From NCBI GenBank assembly GCA_965648905.1, contig CBFGIT010000004.1, positions 1 through 64,000 on the forward strand: a stretch of 64,000 nucleotides of DNA, written 5' to 3'. Each line of letters opens with the position of its first letter. Position 1 is the first letter of the stretch. The position numbers were made by a program, and so were the translations under genes. Source of the stretch: a candidate division WOR-3 bacterium. Lineage in GTDB: Bacteria; Hydrothermota; Tepidihabitantia; Tepidihabitantales; Tepidihabitantaceae. Positions 54,362 to 62,436 of the stretch are shown piece after piece. The notes below the pieces were generated by a model that saw nothing but the letters and a program-made list of their open reading frames with translations, was not told the DNA's origin and did no database searches.

Positions 54362-57300
54362 ATGACTCAGAGAATCTTTTCCCTGACCATGGCGGTTACG
54401 TCCCTGCTCATGGCCCAATGGGGCCCGGACGTGCGGCTGACCAACGACCCGGCCTGGTCCGGGACATCGTACAGCAATGCCTGGTGCGTAGCGGCAACCG
54501 GCTACACGGTCCACGTTGTCTGGTCTGACTACCGGGGCGGGACCGCGGGAATCTACTACAAGCGGTCCCTTGACCGAGGGACAACCTGGAGCGCGGACAC
54601 TCGTCTGGACAGCTCAACGGCGAACGCGGTCTTTCCCTGCCTGGTAGCTGTTGGCTCCACACTGCATCTGGCTTGGACCGACTACCGCAACGGCAACTCT
54701 GAGACTTACTACAAACGCTCGACCAACGCCGGAGCATCCTGGAGCCTGGACGTCCGCCTGACGAACGACACTTTTCCCACCTATACCGCGTCAGTCGCGG
54801 TTGCCGGCGCATACGTCCACGTGGTCTTTGGCGACTGGCGCAGCGGCAATGAGGAGGTCTACTACAAGCGCTCAACCGACGCCGGCGCAACCTGGGGTCC
54901 AGACACCCGCCTGACCAATGCCACAGGCTATTCATCGTATCCGGCGGTTGCGGCAAGTGGCGACACAGTGCACGTCGTCTGGCAGGACACGCGCGACGGC
55001 AACTACGAAATCTACTACAAGAGATCGACTACCGGCGGCGCTTCCTGGCTCACCGACGTCCGGTTGACCACCAACCCCACGAACTCGGCCTCGGCGGCAA
55101 TCGCGGCCGTGGACAGCGTGGTTCACGTTGTCTGGTACGACGACCTGAGCGGTGACTACGAACTGTACTACAAGTACTCAACCGACGGCGGCGCAACCTG
55201 GAGCCCGGATTTGCGCCTGACCACGAGCCCCGGTCGCTCGATATTTCATTCGCTGGCCGCGGTCGGAAACGAAGTTCACCTCGTCTGGGAGGACGAGCGT
55301 GACGGCAACCAGGAAGTCTACTACAAGAGCTCGACCGACCGTGGTCTCTCGTGGACTGCAGACCTACGCCTGACCACGAGCCCCGACTCTTCGGCTCTGC
55401 CATCAATTGCGTACTCCGGCGGCACGGCCCATGTGGTCTGGTCAGACCGGCGCAGCGGCAACATGGAGGCTTACTACAAGCGTGGGTTTGTGTCCGATGT
55501 CGGCTGCACGCGCATCATCGCGCCTCTGGGCAACGTGGACTCGGGCCAGGTGGTGACCCCGCGCGCCTGGGTGCGCAACTTCGGGACCGTTACGGTCTCA
55601 TTCGGGGTCAGGCTCAGCATCGGTTCGTTCTACACCGACAGCGTGACCGTATCGAATCTCGCCGGCGGCGACTCGATGCTGCTGAACTTTCCCGCCTGGA
55701 CTGCCACACAGACCGGGATGCATGTCGTCCGGTGTTCGACCCGGCTGAACGGCGACGTGAACCCGGCCAATGACCGGCGGGTCGATTCGGTGCGCGTTGT
55801 CACTGCGCCAAGGCCGTTCGACGTCGGCGTGACCCGGATTGTCGCGCCGTTCGGCGACGTTGAACCGGGAAGCACGGTGTCTCCGACCGCGGCCTGGCGC
55901 AACTTCGGCGACACTGTCGCTTCGTTCCTTGCCTGGTTCAGCCTGCGCAACCCGCAGTTCACCGTGGTCTACAACCAGCTCCTGCCGGTCGCGGTCTTGC
56001 CCGGCGGTGCTGAGACCACGCTTGTGTTCCCGCCGTATGTACTTGATTCTGCTGAGGGACGCTGGACAACCCGGTGCTCGACCTACTATGTCGAGGACAT
56101 GAATCGGACGAACGATACGCTCAGTGGTTCGTTCACAATCTCGGCCCCACCGCCCTGGCCTGACACATGGGGCGAAGGCGAGCCGATGCCCGCGCCGAGC
56201 AACAAAGGGATAAAGGATGGCGGCTGGCTGGTTGTGCCGCCGGGCCTGACCGACGCGCCGCAGTACATATTTGCGGCCAAGGGCAACAAGACCGCTGATT
56301 TCTACCGCTACACGGTTGGGACCGGGGTCTGGACTCAGGCCGCCTCGATACCACTGGGCCGGGAAGGCAAGCTGCCGAGTAAGGGCTGCAAGGCCGCGGC
56401 CACCGAAGTCGGGCATGTTTACATGACGAAGGGGAACAACACCCCGGGCTTCTGGCGATACGACCCCAGTAAAGACTCATGGCGGCAACTGGCCGACGTG
56501 CCGCTCGGTACAAGCAACAAGAAGGTCAAAGACGGCAACGACCTCGCCTGCTTCACGAAAGCGGGCGAGCAGTACGTCTACCTGGTCAAGGGACAGAAGA
56601 CCAATGAGTTCTGGCGGTACCGGGTCTCAGGCGATAGCTGGTCACCGCTCCAGGCCGTGCCGGTAGACCTGCCCGCGATCAAGACCAATGCCGGCTCCTG
56701 GCTTGAGCTCGTGGAAGAGGCAACAGACGCACATCCTTACCTCTATCTGCACAAGTCCACGTACCATCACCTCCACCGCTACGACCTCATCAACGAAGCC
56801 TGGGTGCCGGGCCGGCGCACTGGAATGCCGTTTGTCGGCAAGTCGGGCAAGTCAAAGAAGAGCAAGGACGGCGGCAGCGCGACCTTCTGGAGCGGCGACA
56901 TCTACGCCCTCAAAGGCGGCAACACCTGTGAGTTCTGGAAGTACTCGCCGGCGACCGACCAGTGGACTGAACAGCCTTCGATTCCGGAGATAGGAGTGAG
57001 CGGCAAGAAGAAGAAGGTGAAAGCCGGAGCCGATGTGGTCAGCGTGGGCGGTGGCGCGTTCTTCGTTACCAAAGGCAACAAGACCAACGAATGCTGGCGG
57101 GTCGTACTCCAGAAGTCGAAGCAGGATGGCGCAACAGGCATGCGAGCCGGCAAAGGCAGCGTCCAACTGACAATTGGACCGAACCCGCTCCGGGCCGGGT
57201 TTGCGACAATCAGGCTGAGTGGTCAAGCACCGCTGGGATACGAGATTCCTGCCAAGGTCAGCATGTACGATGCTGCCGGCCGTCTGGTCCTGCATTCGTC

Positions 57301-57424
57301 ATTCGACAATCGAACTTCGTCATTGCCGCTCGACCTCAGGCATCTGCGCGCCGGCGTGTACATGCTGCGGCTCGAGCACAAAGGCGGCTGCACGGACCAT
57401 AAACTGGTCGTCGTTTCGCAGTAG
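54362..57424 (+). CDS. Secreted protein: BNR/Asp-box propeller, two CARDB-like domains, Kelch-like propeller and T9SS-like C-terminal domain
   Basis: Repeated YYKRSTDxGxxW..D.RLT, DVG.TRI.AP..V and KGNKT/KGGNT units; C-terminal PNP...YDAAGR...AGVY. Confidence 0.85.
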   Translation: MTQRIFSLTMAVTSLLMAQWGPDVRLTNDPAWSGTSYSNAWCVAATGYTVHVVWSDYRGGTAGIYYKRSLDRGTTWSADTRLDSSTANAVFPCLVAVGSTLHLAWTDYRNGNSETYYKRSTNAGASWSLDVRLTNDTFPTYTASVAVAGAYVHVVFGDWRSGNEEVYYKRSTDAGATWGPDTRLTNATGYSSYPAVAASGDTVHVVWQDTRDGNYEIYYKRSTTGGASWLTDVRLTTNPTNSASAAIAAVDSVVHVVWYDDLSGDYELYYKYSTDGGATWSPDLRLTTSPGRSIFHSLAAVGNEVHLVWEDERDGNQEVYYKSSTDRGLSWTADLRLTTSPDSSALPSIAYSGGTAHVVWSDRRSGNMEAYYKRGFVSDVGCTRIIAPLGNVDSGQVVTPRAWVRNFGTVTVSFGVRLSIGSFYTDSVTVSNLAGGDSMLLNFPAWTATQTGMHVVRCSTRLNGDVNPANDRRVDSVRVVTAPRPFDVGVTRIVAPFGDVEPGSTVSPTAAWRNFGDTVASFLAWFSLRNPQFTVVYNQLLPVAVLPGGAETTLVFPPYVLDSAEGRWTTRCSTYYVEDMNRTNDTLSGSFTISAPPPWPDTWGEGEPMPAPSNKGIKDGGWLVVPPGLTDAPQYIFAAKGNKTADFYRYTVGTGVWTQAASIPLGREGKLPSKGCKAAATEVGHVYMTKGNNTPGFWRYDPSKDSWRQLADVPLGTSNKKVKDGNDLACFTKAGEQYVYLVKGQKTNEFWRYRVSGDSWSPLQAVPVDLPAIKTNAGSWLELVEEATDAHPYLYLHKSTYHHLHRYDLINEAWVPGRRTGMPFVGKSGKSKKSKDGGSATFWSGDIYALKGGNTCEFWKYSPATDQWTEQPSIPEIGVSGKKKKVKAGADVVSVGGGAFFVTKGNKTNECWRVVLQKSKQDGATGMRAGKGSVQLTIGPNPLRAGFATIRLSGQAPLGYEIPAKVSMYDAAGRLVLHSSFDNRTSSLPLDLRHLRAGVYMLRLEHKGGCTDHKLVVVSQ
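57293..57327 (-). repeat. Five degenerate heptamers inside coding sequence
   Basis: Plus strand cattcgt|cattcga|caatcga|acttcgt|cattgcc. Confidence 0.65.
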
Positions 57425-57544
57425 CACGCCGGGAATGTGGCATTGCCACGGACGCGCTCCGGGCCGGCGATGGCGAATCGGCCGGCGACGAGCAGGCAGC
57501 ATCAAAGTCACCAAGGCCGTGATTGCAGAACAGGAGGACCATCC

Positions 57545-59167
57545 ATGAAGAGAACATTAGTTGCGGTGTTCGTTGTTCTATCGGCTGCCAGCGGTCAGAC
57601 CCTGCGTTGGGTCTATCACCACGGCGATTCGTTGTCGTTGGCAGGAATAGCCCGAGCCGTGGTTTGCGCGCCGGACAGCAGCATCTACGCGGCCGGGACA
57701 AACTTCGGCTGGCCATTCGTGCCGCAGATGACGGTTGTCGGTCTGCGGCCGGACGGCACCCGTCGCTGGACCTACGAACGCCTCGGATACATTGCCTGGC
57801 TGTCTCAGCCGGACTTTGTCAGACGCCCGCTCGCCTATGGCAATGACGGCAATCTCTATGCAGCGGGCGCGGTTATCGACACAGCCGGTGGCGTCATGGA
57901 GAGGTGGGATTTCACCGCTCTCAGCCTGACCCGGCAGGGTCAGGAACGCTGGGTGTACACTTGGGCAGGACCGACCGACAGCGGCGGTTTTGCCCAGGCA
58001 GTCACGCAAGGAGCAGACGGCAGCGTCTATGCAGCGGGCTGGTGCATGGCAGGTGGCAGCAATATGATTCTGACCGTTGTCGGCCTGGCCCAGGCCGGCC
58101 AGTTGCGATGGACTTATCTCCACTCCGGCCACGGAGGGTACTACGAAATGGCGACCGACGTAATCTGCGGGGCTGACGGCAGTATCTATGTCGTCGGCCC
58201 GGTGGGGATAGACAGTGCTCCACGCCTGACCGTCATCAGCCTGAGCCCGTCGGGCAGCGTGCGCTGGGTCTATCGGCACGACAGCCTGGGCACCTCCCGC
58301 GGCTACTCGCTTGCGGCCGCGTGCGGCCCGGACGGCAACATCTACGTTGCCGGTGGCATCGAGGGAACCGGATATGACCTAGATTTTGCGGTCCTATCAC
58401 TGACTCCGGCTGGAACCGAGCGCTGGGTCTATCGCTACAACGGGCCAGCCAACCTGGATGACTTCGCGTTCTCGCTGGTCTGTGCCGAGGACGGGACCAT
58501 CTATGCCTCGGGGTACAGTATTGGCGTCGACAGCGCTCAGGACGTCGCGGTCGTCAGTCTGACTTCGTCGGGCAGCGAGCAGTGGGTGTACCGACTTCGC
58601 ACCCACTCTCCGCAGGCGTATGAGTGCCCGCTGGCGCTGGGCGTGGACGGCAACATCTACGCCGCGGGAACAAGCTACAGTGACAGCACTAGAGAGGACG
58701 TCGCGGTCGTCAGCCTGACTCGGGCTGGTGTCGAGCGTTGGACCTATCGCTACGACGGCCCACCGAGCTATCCCGATGCACCTTTGGCGCTGGCATCGAA
58801 CCCGGACGGCAACATCTATATTGCCGGCGTGAGCGAATCCCAATTCACAATCATCAGTCTGGACCCGACGCTCGGTATTGAACAACCGAGCCGCGAAGCA
58901 GGAACCAGCAGGCGAGAGCCGCTGGCAACGGTCATCCGTGGCGTGCTGTACCTGCGGCCCTCACCCTTCCCTCTCCCAGTGGGAGAGGGGCAGGAGGTGA
59001 GGGGGCAAAGCCTGCTGCTCGACGTGGCCGGCCGGCAGGTGATGGAGTTGCGTTCCGGCGCCAACGACATCCGGCATCTTGCTCCGGGCGTGTACTTCGT
59101 ATGCTCCGGGCCGTCGGCTGCCGTCGGCCGGACGTCATCAGGCCGCAAGGTCGTGATCGCCGAATAG
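57545..59167 (+). CDS. Secreted beta-propeller repeat (SBBP-like) protein with T9SS-like C-terminal domain
   Basis: SD AGGAGG before ATG 57545; signal peptide; repeated G.ERWVYRY...DGNIYAAG; C-terminal LAPGVYFV...KVVI. Confidence 0.82.
   Translation: MKRTLVAVFVVLSAASGQTLRWVYHHGDSLSLAGIARAVVCAPDSSIYAAGTNFGWPFVPQMTVVGLRPDGTRRWTYERLGYIAWLSQPDFVRRPLAYGNDGNLYAAGAVIDTAGGVMERWDFTALSLTRQGQERWVYTWAGPTDSGGFAQAVTQGADGSVYAAGWCMAGGSNMILTVVGLAQAGQLRWTYLHSGHGGYYEMATDVICGADGSIYVVGPVGIDSAPRLTVISLSPSGSVRWVYRHDSLGTSRGYSLAAACGPDGNIYVAGGIEGTGYDLDFAVLSLTPAGTERWVYRYNGPANLDDFAFSLVCAEDGTIYASGYSIGVDSAQDVAVVSLTSSGSEQWVYRLRTHSPQAYECPLALGVDGNIYAAGTSYSDSTREDVAVVSLTRAGVERWTYRYDGPPSYPDAPLALASNPDGNIYIAGVSESQFTIISLDPTLGIEQPSREAGTSRREPLATVIRGVLYLRPSPFPLPVGEGQEVRGQSLLLDVAGRQVMELRSGANDIRHLAPGVYFVCSGPSAAVGRTSSGRKVVIAE
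58958..59003. repeat. BoxC/REP-like palindrome inside coding sequence
   Basis: CCCTCACC-ctt-CCCTCTCCC-agt-GGGAGAGGG-gcagga-GGTGAGGG. Confidence 0.8.
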
Positions 59168-59176
59168 GCATCGCCA

Positions 59177-59716
59177 ATGCGGCAATCGACGGTGCTGTTG
59201 TCTGTGGCCAAGGCGCAACTGATGCCCGCAGTTCTGCTGGCACTCGTTTCCTGCGTGATGACGACCAAGTACGCGGTCGAGGCGGATAGAGGTGAGACAA
59301 CAAAGCACGTGGCCAAGGTACACCTGAGGGACGGATCGGTTGCGATCTACCGCACCGGCTTCTCAGTGGTCGGACAGAAAATCGAAGGCACTTACACGCG
59401 TTACGACCTTGGCCGCTTCCTCACCGCCGCGCTGAGCGACGCACCGCTGCCGTTGGACAGCGTGCTTGGAGTAGTCAGCTACCCGCGCCGGTTGCAGGTC
59501 GGGCCGCTTGTGGCGAGCGCCCCGGCTGCGGGCTTGGTAGGCGCCTGCGTCGCCATTATCTTGCACGGTGACCTTGGTGGCACAGGTGACTGTGAGCTTC
59601 CTATCAACCACACCAGCTATGGCTATGACTGCAAAGCGCCAGCTGTCTTGCTGAATGTGACCGCACCGGAGGCGGGAGAGCGTTCCACTGAACCCGGAAC
59701 AGGAGAGAGGCGATGA
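59177..59716 (+). CDS. Hypothetical lipoprotein (start may be 59222)
   Basis: Lipobox LVSC, VHLRDGS motif, one hydrophobic helix. Confidence 0.6.
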   Translation: MRQSTVLLSVAKAQLMPAVLLALVSCVMTTKYAVEADRGETTKHVAKVHLRDGSVAIYRTGFSVVGQKIEGTYTRYDLGRFLTAALSDAPLPLDSVLGVVSYPRRLQVGPLVASAPAAGLVGACVAIILHGDLGGTGDCELPINHTSYGYDCKAPAVLLNVTAPEAGERSTEPGTGERR

Positions 59717-60243
59717 GATACCTATGCTTGGTCGTCTGTACGGTGTTGTGCTGCTTTGTTGCCTGCGTGAATCGAGTGCAGACGGACAAGCCGTGGGGCG
59801 AACAGGCCAGAGTCTGGTTGAAGGATGGAACAGTCCATGACGGAGAGCTGCTCGCAGTAACGGCTACATCGCTGCTGTTTGCCGACCAGGGCAGCCGCGC
59901 GGTCAGCGACATCCCGTTGACCAGCATCAAGCGCGTGCATGTCCGGGACTACAGCCAGATGGGCCTGAGAGTAGCCGGCATGGTGCCGACTGTTCTGGTC
60001 TACTCGGCCGCGGCCGCTGTGTTGGCGACGGTGGGGAGCTGGTGGTCGCTCATACCAATCTTGGCTGCAAGTGGGTCGGTCTGGACATTCCTGGCCGATG
60101 ACCCCAAGGTGCGCTTCGGACCGGACTTCGACAGCCAGACCATAGTGGCATTGCGGGTCTACTGCCGCTATCCGTACGGGCTGACTGATGAGCAGCAGGC
60201 GATTATCAAGGCGGCGGGCGGCGGGTCGCGCCCGCAACCCTGA
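59713..60243 (+). CDS. Hypothetical lipoprotein with membrane hairpin
   Basis: SD GGAGAGAGG and ATGA overlap; lipobox FVAC; LKDGT..GELL motif; two TM helices. Confidence 0.7.
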   Translation: MRYLCLVVCTVLCCFVACVNRVQTDKPWGEQARVWLKDGTVHDGELLAVTATSLLFADQGSRAVSDIPLTSIKRVHVRDYSQMGLRVAGMVPTVLVYSAAAAVLATVGSWWSLIPILAASGSVWTFLADDPKVRFGPDFDSQTIVALRVYCRYPYGLTDEQQAIIKAAGGGSRPQP

Positions 60244-60271
60244 GGGCAGCACGGGCGAGCTGCGCTCCGCC

Positions 60272-60988
60272 ATGACCACGATGCCAGCAGTACGCATCAG
60301 AGGGACGAACACGGCCTGCGTTCGGCTGCTTCTGTCGACGCTGCTGCTTGTCTGTCTCCTACTGGCCTGTTCTGCGCCGCTGACGTTCGAACGGGCGCGG
60401 ATTCACCAGGGCATTTGTGTCGGCGGCGGGCTGGGAGTCACCAGTAGTTGCGGGTTCGGTGAAGCAGAGCCGGACACTGTTGAAGAAGAACACTGGGGGC
60501 TGAATCTGGTTTCGCGTCGGGATGTCAGCGCAATCGGCAGTATCTCTCTGTTCTGCGGTCTGTCGCCGAGTCTGGCACTGGGTGCCCGGGCTTCGACTGC
60601 GTTCTGGAGGCACTCGGGCTCCCACCTCTTCTGGCCGCTTGGCTACTTGCAGGCAATCGACCTGCGGGCCGGCCTCAGAACACGTGTCGGCGGAGCGGGC
60701 GCGTTCGCGCTCGACGTCGGTTGGCCAACGGTCGCAGAGTGCGGGTATCTGCACGACTTCGGCAACCCGTTGACGCTGCGCGCGGGCCTTGGCGTGCGCG
60801 GTCTGGACGCTGCGGGCGTTCTGCACGTGCCGTTGGGACTGGTGGATGGGCATCTGGTGTTGAGTACGCTGTTCTTGTGGCCGAGCTGGCACGAAGTCAG
60901 AGCAGAATTCCGGATACCGTCTTTCTCGCTTGGCTTGGGTATCGGGTCCGTGGCGGCGCCGTGGAGCGAGGATGGCTGGCCGGATTAG
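60272..60988 (+). CDS. Hypothetical lipoprotein with amphipathic beta-strands
   Basis: Lipobox LLAC followed by APLTFERAR; alternating hydrophobic strands; start uncertain. Confidence 0.6.
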   Translation: MTTMPAVRIRGTNTACVRLLLSTLLLVCLLLACSAPLTFERARIHQGICVGGGLGVTSSCGFGEAEPDTVEEEHWGLNLVSRRDVSAIGSISLFCGLSPSLALGARASTAFWRHSGSHLFWPLGYLQAIDLRAGLRTRVGGAGAFALDVGWPTVAECGYLHDFGNPLTLRAGLGVRGLDAAGVLHVPLGLVDGHLVLSTLFLWPSWHEVRAEFRIPSFSLGLGIGSVAAPWSEDGWPD

Positions 60989-61092
60989 TGAACTGCTGCA
61001 GAGCGGCGCTCGGTCAAGTGGGGCGTCGGAGCAGGCCGTCCAGGGCCAGCAGGGCGAAGTCAAGCTTGGACGAGGTTCTCGCCATGCCGTAG

Positions 61093-61260
61093 CAGCGGAG
61101 CGGGCCCGAGACTTCCTTGTCCAACGTCTGTCCACTGCGCCACAGGCGGGCGCTTCGTCGCTCGGGCGGCGTGCTCACCGACGACGAACTGCGGCGCATC
61201 GTCTTCATCGCCCGGTTGGTCGTCAAAGAGATGCTCGACCCGCTGAGGAGGCGGTCATGA
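61093..61260 (+). pseudogene. Probable 3' remnant of a decayed gene
   Basis: After TAG 61090-61092 the frame reads ...SGGVLTDDELRRIVFIARLVVKEMLDPLRRRS*, with an ATGA overlap into the next gene. Confidence 0.35.
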
Positions 61261-61715
61261 AGCGCGTGGTGCTGCTGCTGCTTGTGTTCGCGCTCACCGG
61301 CGTGGCCTCTGAAATCGGCGAGAAGAAGGTCAAGACGGTGATGGTCCTGTCCTCGACCGTGCCCGGAGCCGGGCAGTTCTACCTCGGCAATTCCGGCGGC
61401 GGGTTCTTTGCCCTGGGCACGGAGTTGATGTGGTGGGGTGGTGCGACCGCGTTCTTCTTCGTGGGCAGGTGGGTTGCGGACTCGATACCGCTTGCGACGC
61501 CTGAGCGAGCGGCGGAACTCAGGGTGCTGAGGACTGCGTCGCACATCAGTACCGGGGTGTTCGCGGCCGCTGCCTTGGGCTGGCGCACAATCATGGTCGG
61601 GTAGGTGCACGACGATGCAGTGGCGCGGAACTACCGGAGCCGGTTTCTCAGCGTGCGCGCCGGGCTTGCGCCGGAGCTGGACGGCGTCAGGCTTGGACTG
61701 TACCGGCGGTTCAGA
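61257..61715 (+). pseudogene. Exported membrane protein (PGAGQFY motif) interrupted by in-frame TAG at 61602-61604
   Basis: SD GAGGAGG, signal peptide and VPGAGQFYLG; the frame continues after the TAG as VHDDAVARN...GVRLGLYRRF. Confidence 0.55.
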
Positions 61716-61748
61716 GTACGATGCGAAGTTCGTGACCGGGAGGTTCTA

Positions 61749-62426
61749 GTGAGAAACACGACCTCTGTGATTGCCGTTGTGACGCTGTTTTGTTCGGCCC
61801 TGTTCCCGCCGGTGGTAGCTGGCTACTCCGAGGAGACAACAGTACTCGACCCGGTTTCCCAGTACGGCGTGGGCTGCCTTGGTGAGGGCCTTATCGGCGT
61901 TTCCGCAGCAGCGCTGGGCGGTTGTCTGGTTGCCATCACGACGACTGAGGATGTGAAGTACATCACCGTTCCCGGTGAACGCGAGAAACTGCCTGTGCCG
62001 GTGTCCCACACCAATCCTGCTGCTGCCGCGGTTGCCGCGACCTTGACCGGCATCGGATTGGTTTTTGGTCCGGCGGCAGGAGTCTACTGGCGCGGCAGCC
62101 GGCTCGAGGCACCTGGTTCGTTCTGGGCGGCATCAGTCGGCTCGCTCGCCGGGCTGGTTGCCGGCGGTCTTGTCGGAGGTCTGCCTGCCCACCTTCTCAG
62201 TGGTGGCAATGGTGTCGTTGTCGGCTTGTGCGGGTCGGTCGGCGCCCTTTTGGCCGCGCCCGCAGGCGCGGTCATTGGCTACAACCTGAGCCGGCCGGGG
62301 TCGGATGTCGGAGAGTCATACGGGAACCGGCTCGGACTGCCGCACGTGGCGATACGGCAAGAGTGCCTTCTTGGCCGGTCAGAAGTGACCGTCTATGATG
62401 CGAGGCTTGTGACCATGAGATTCTAG
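61749..62426 (+). CDS. Hypothetical exported Gly-rich membrane protein with C-terminal Phe
   Basis: SD GGGAGG before GTG 61749; signal peptide; GSFWAASVGSLAG; GAVIGYNLS; ends ARLVTMRF. Confidence 0.7.
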   Translation: MRNTTSVIAVVTLFCSALFPPVVAGYSEETTVLDPVSQYGVGCLGEGLIGVSAAALGGCLVAITTTEDVKYITVPGEREKLPVPVSHTNPAAAAVAATLTGIGLVFGPAAGVYWRGSRLEAPGSFWAASVGSLAGLVAGGLVGGLPAHLLSGGNGVVVGLCGSVGALLAAPAGAVIGYNLSRPGSDVGESYGNRLGLPHVAIRQECLLGRSEVTVYDARLVTMRF

Positions 62427-62436
62427 AGGAGGATGA

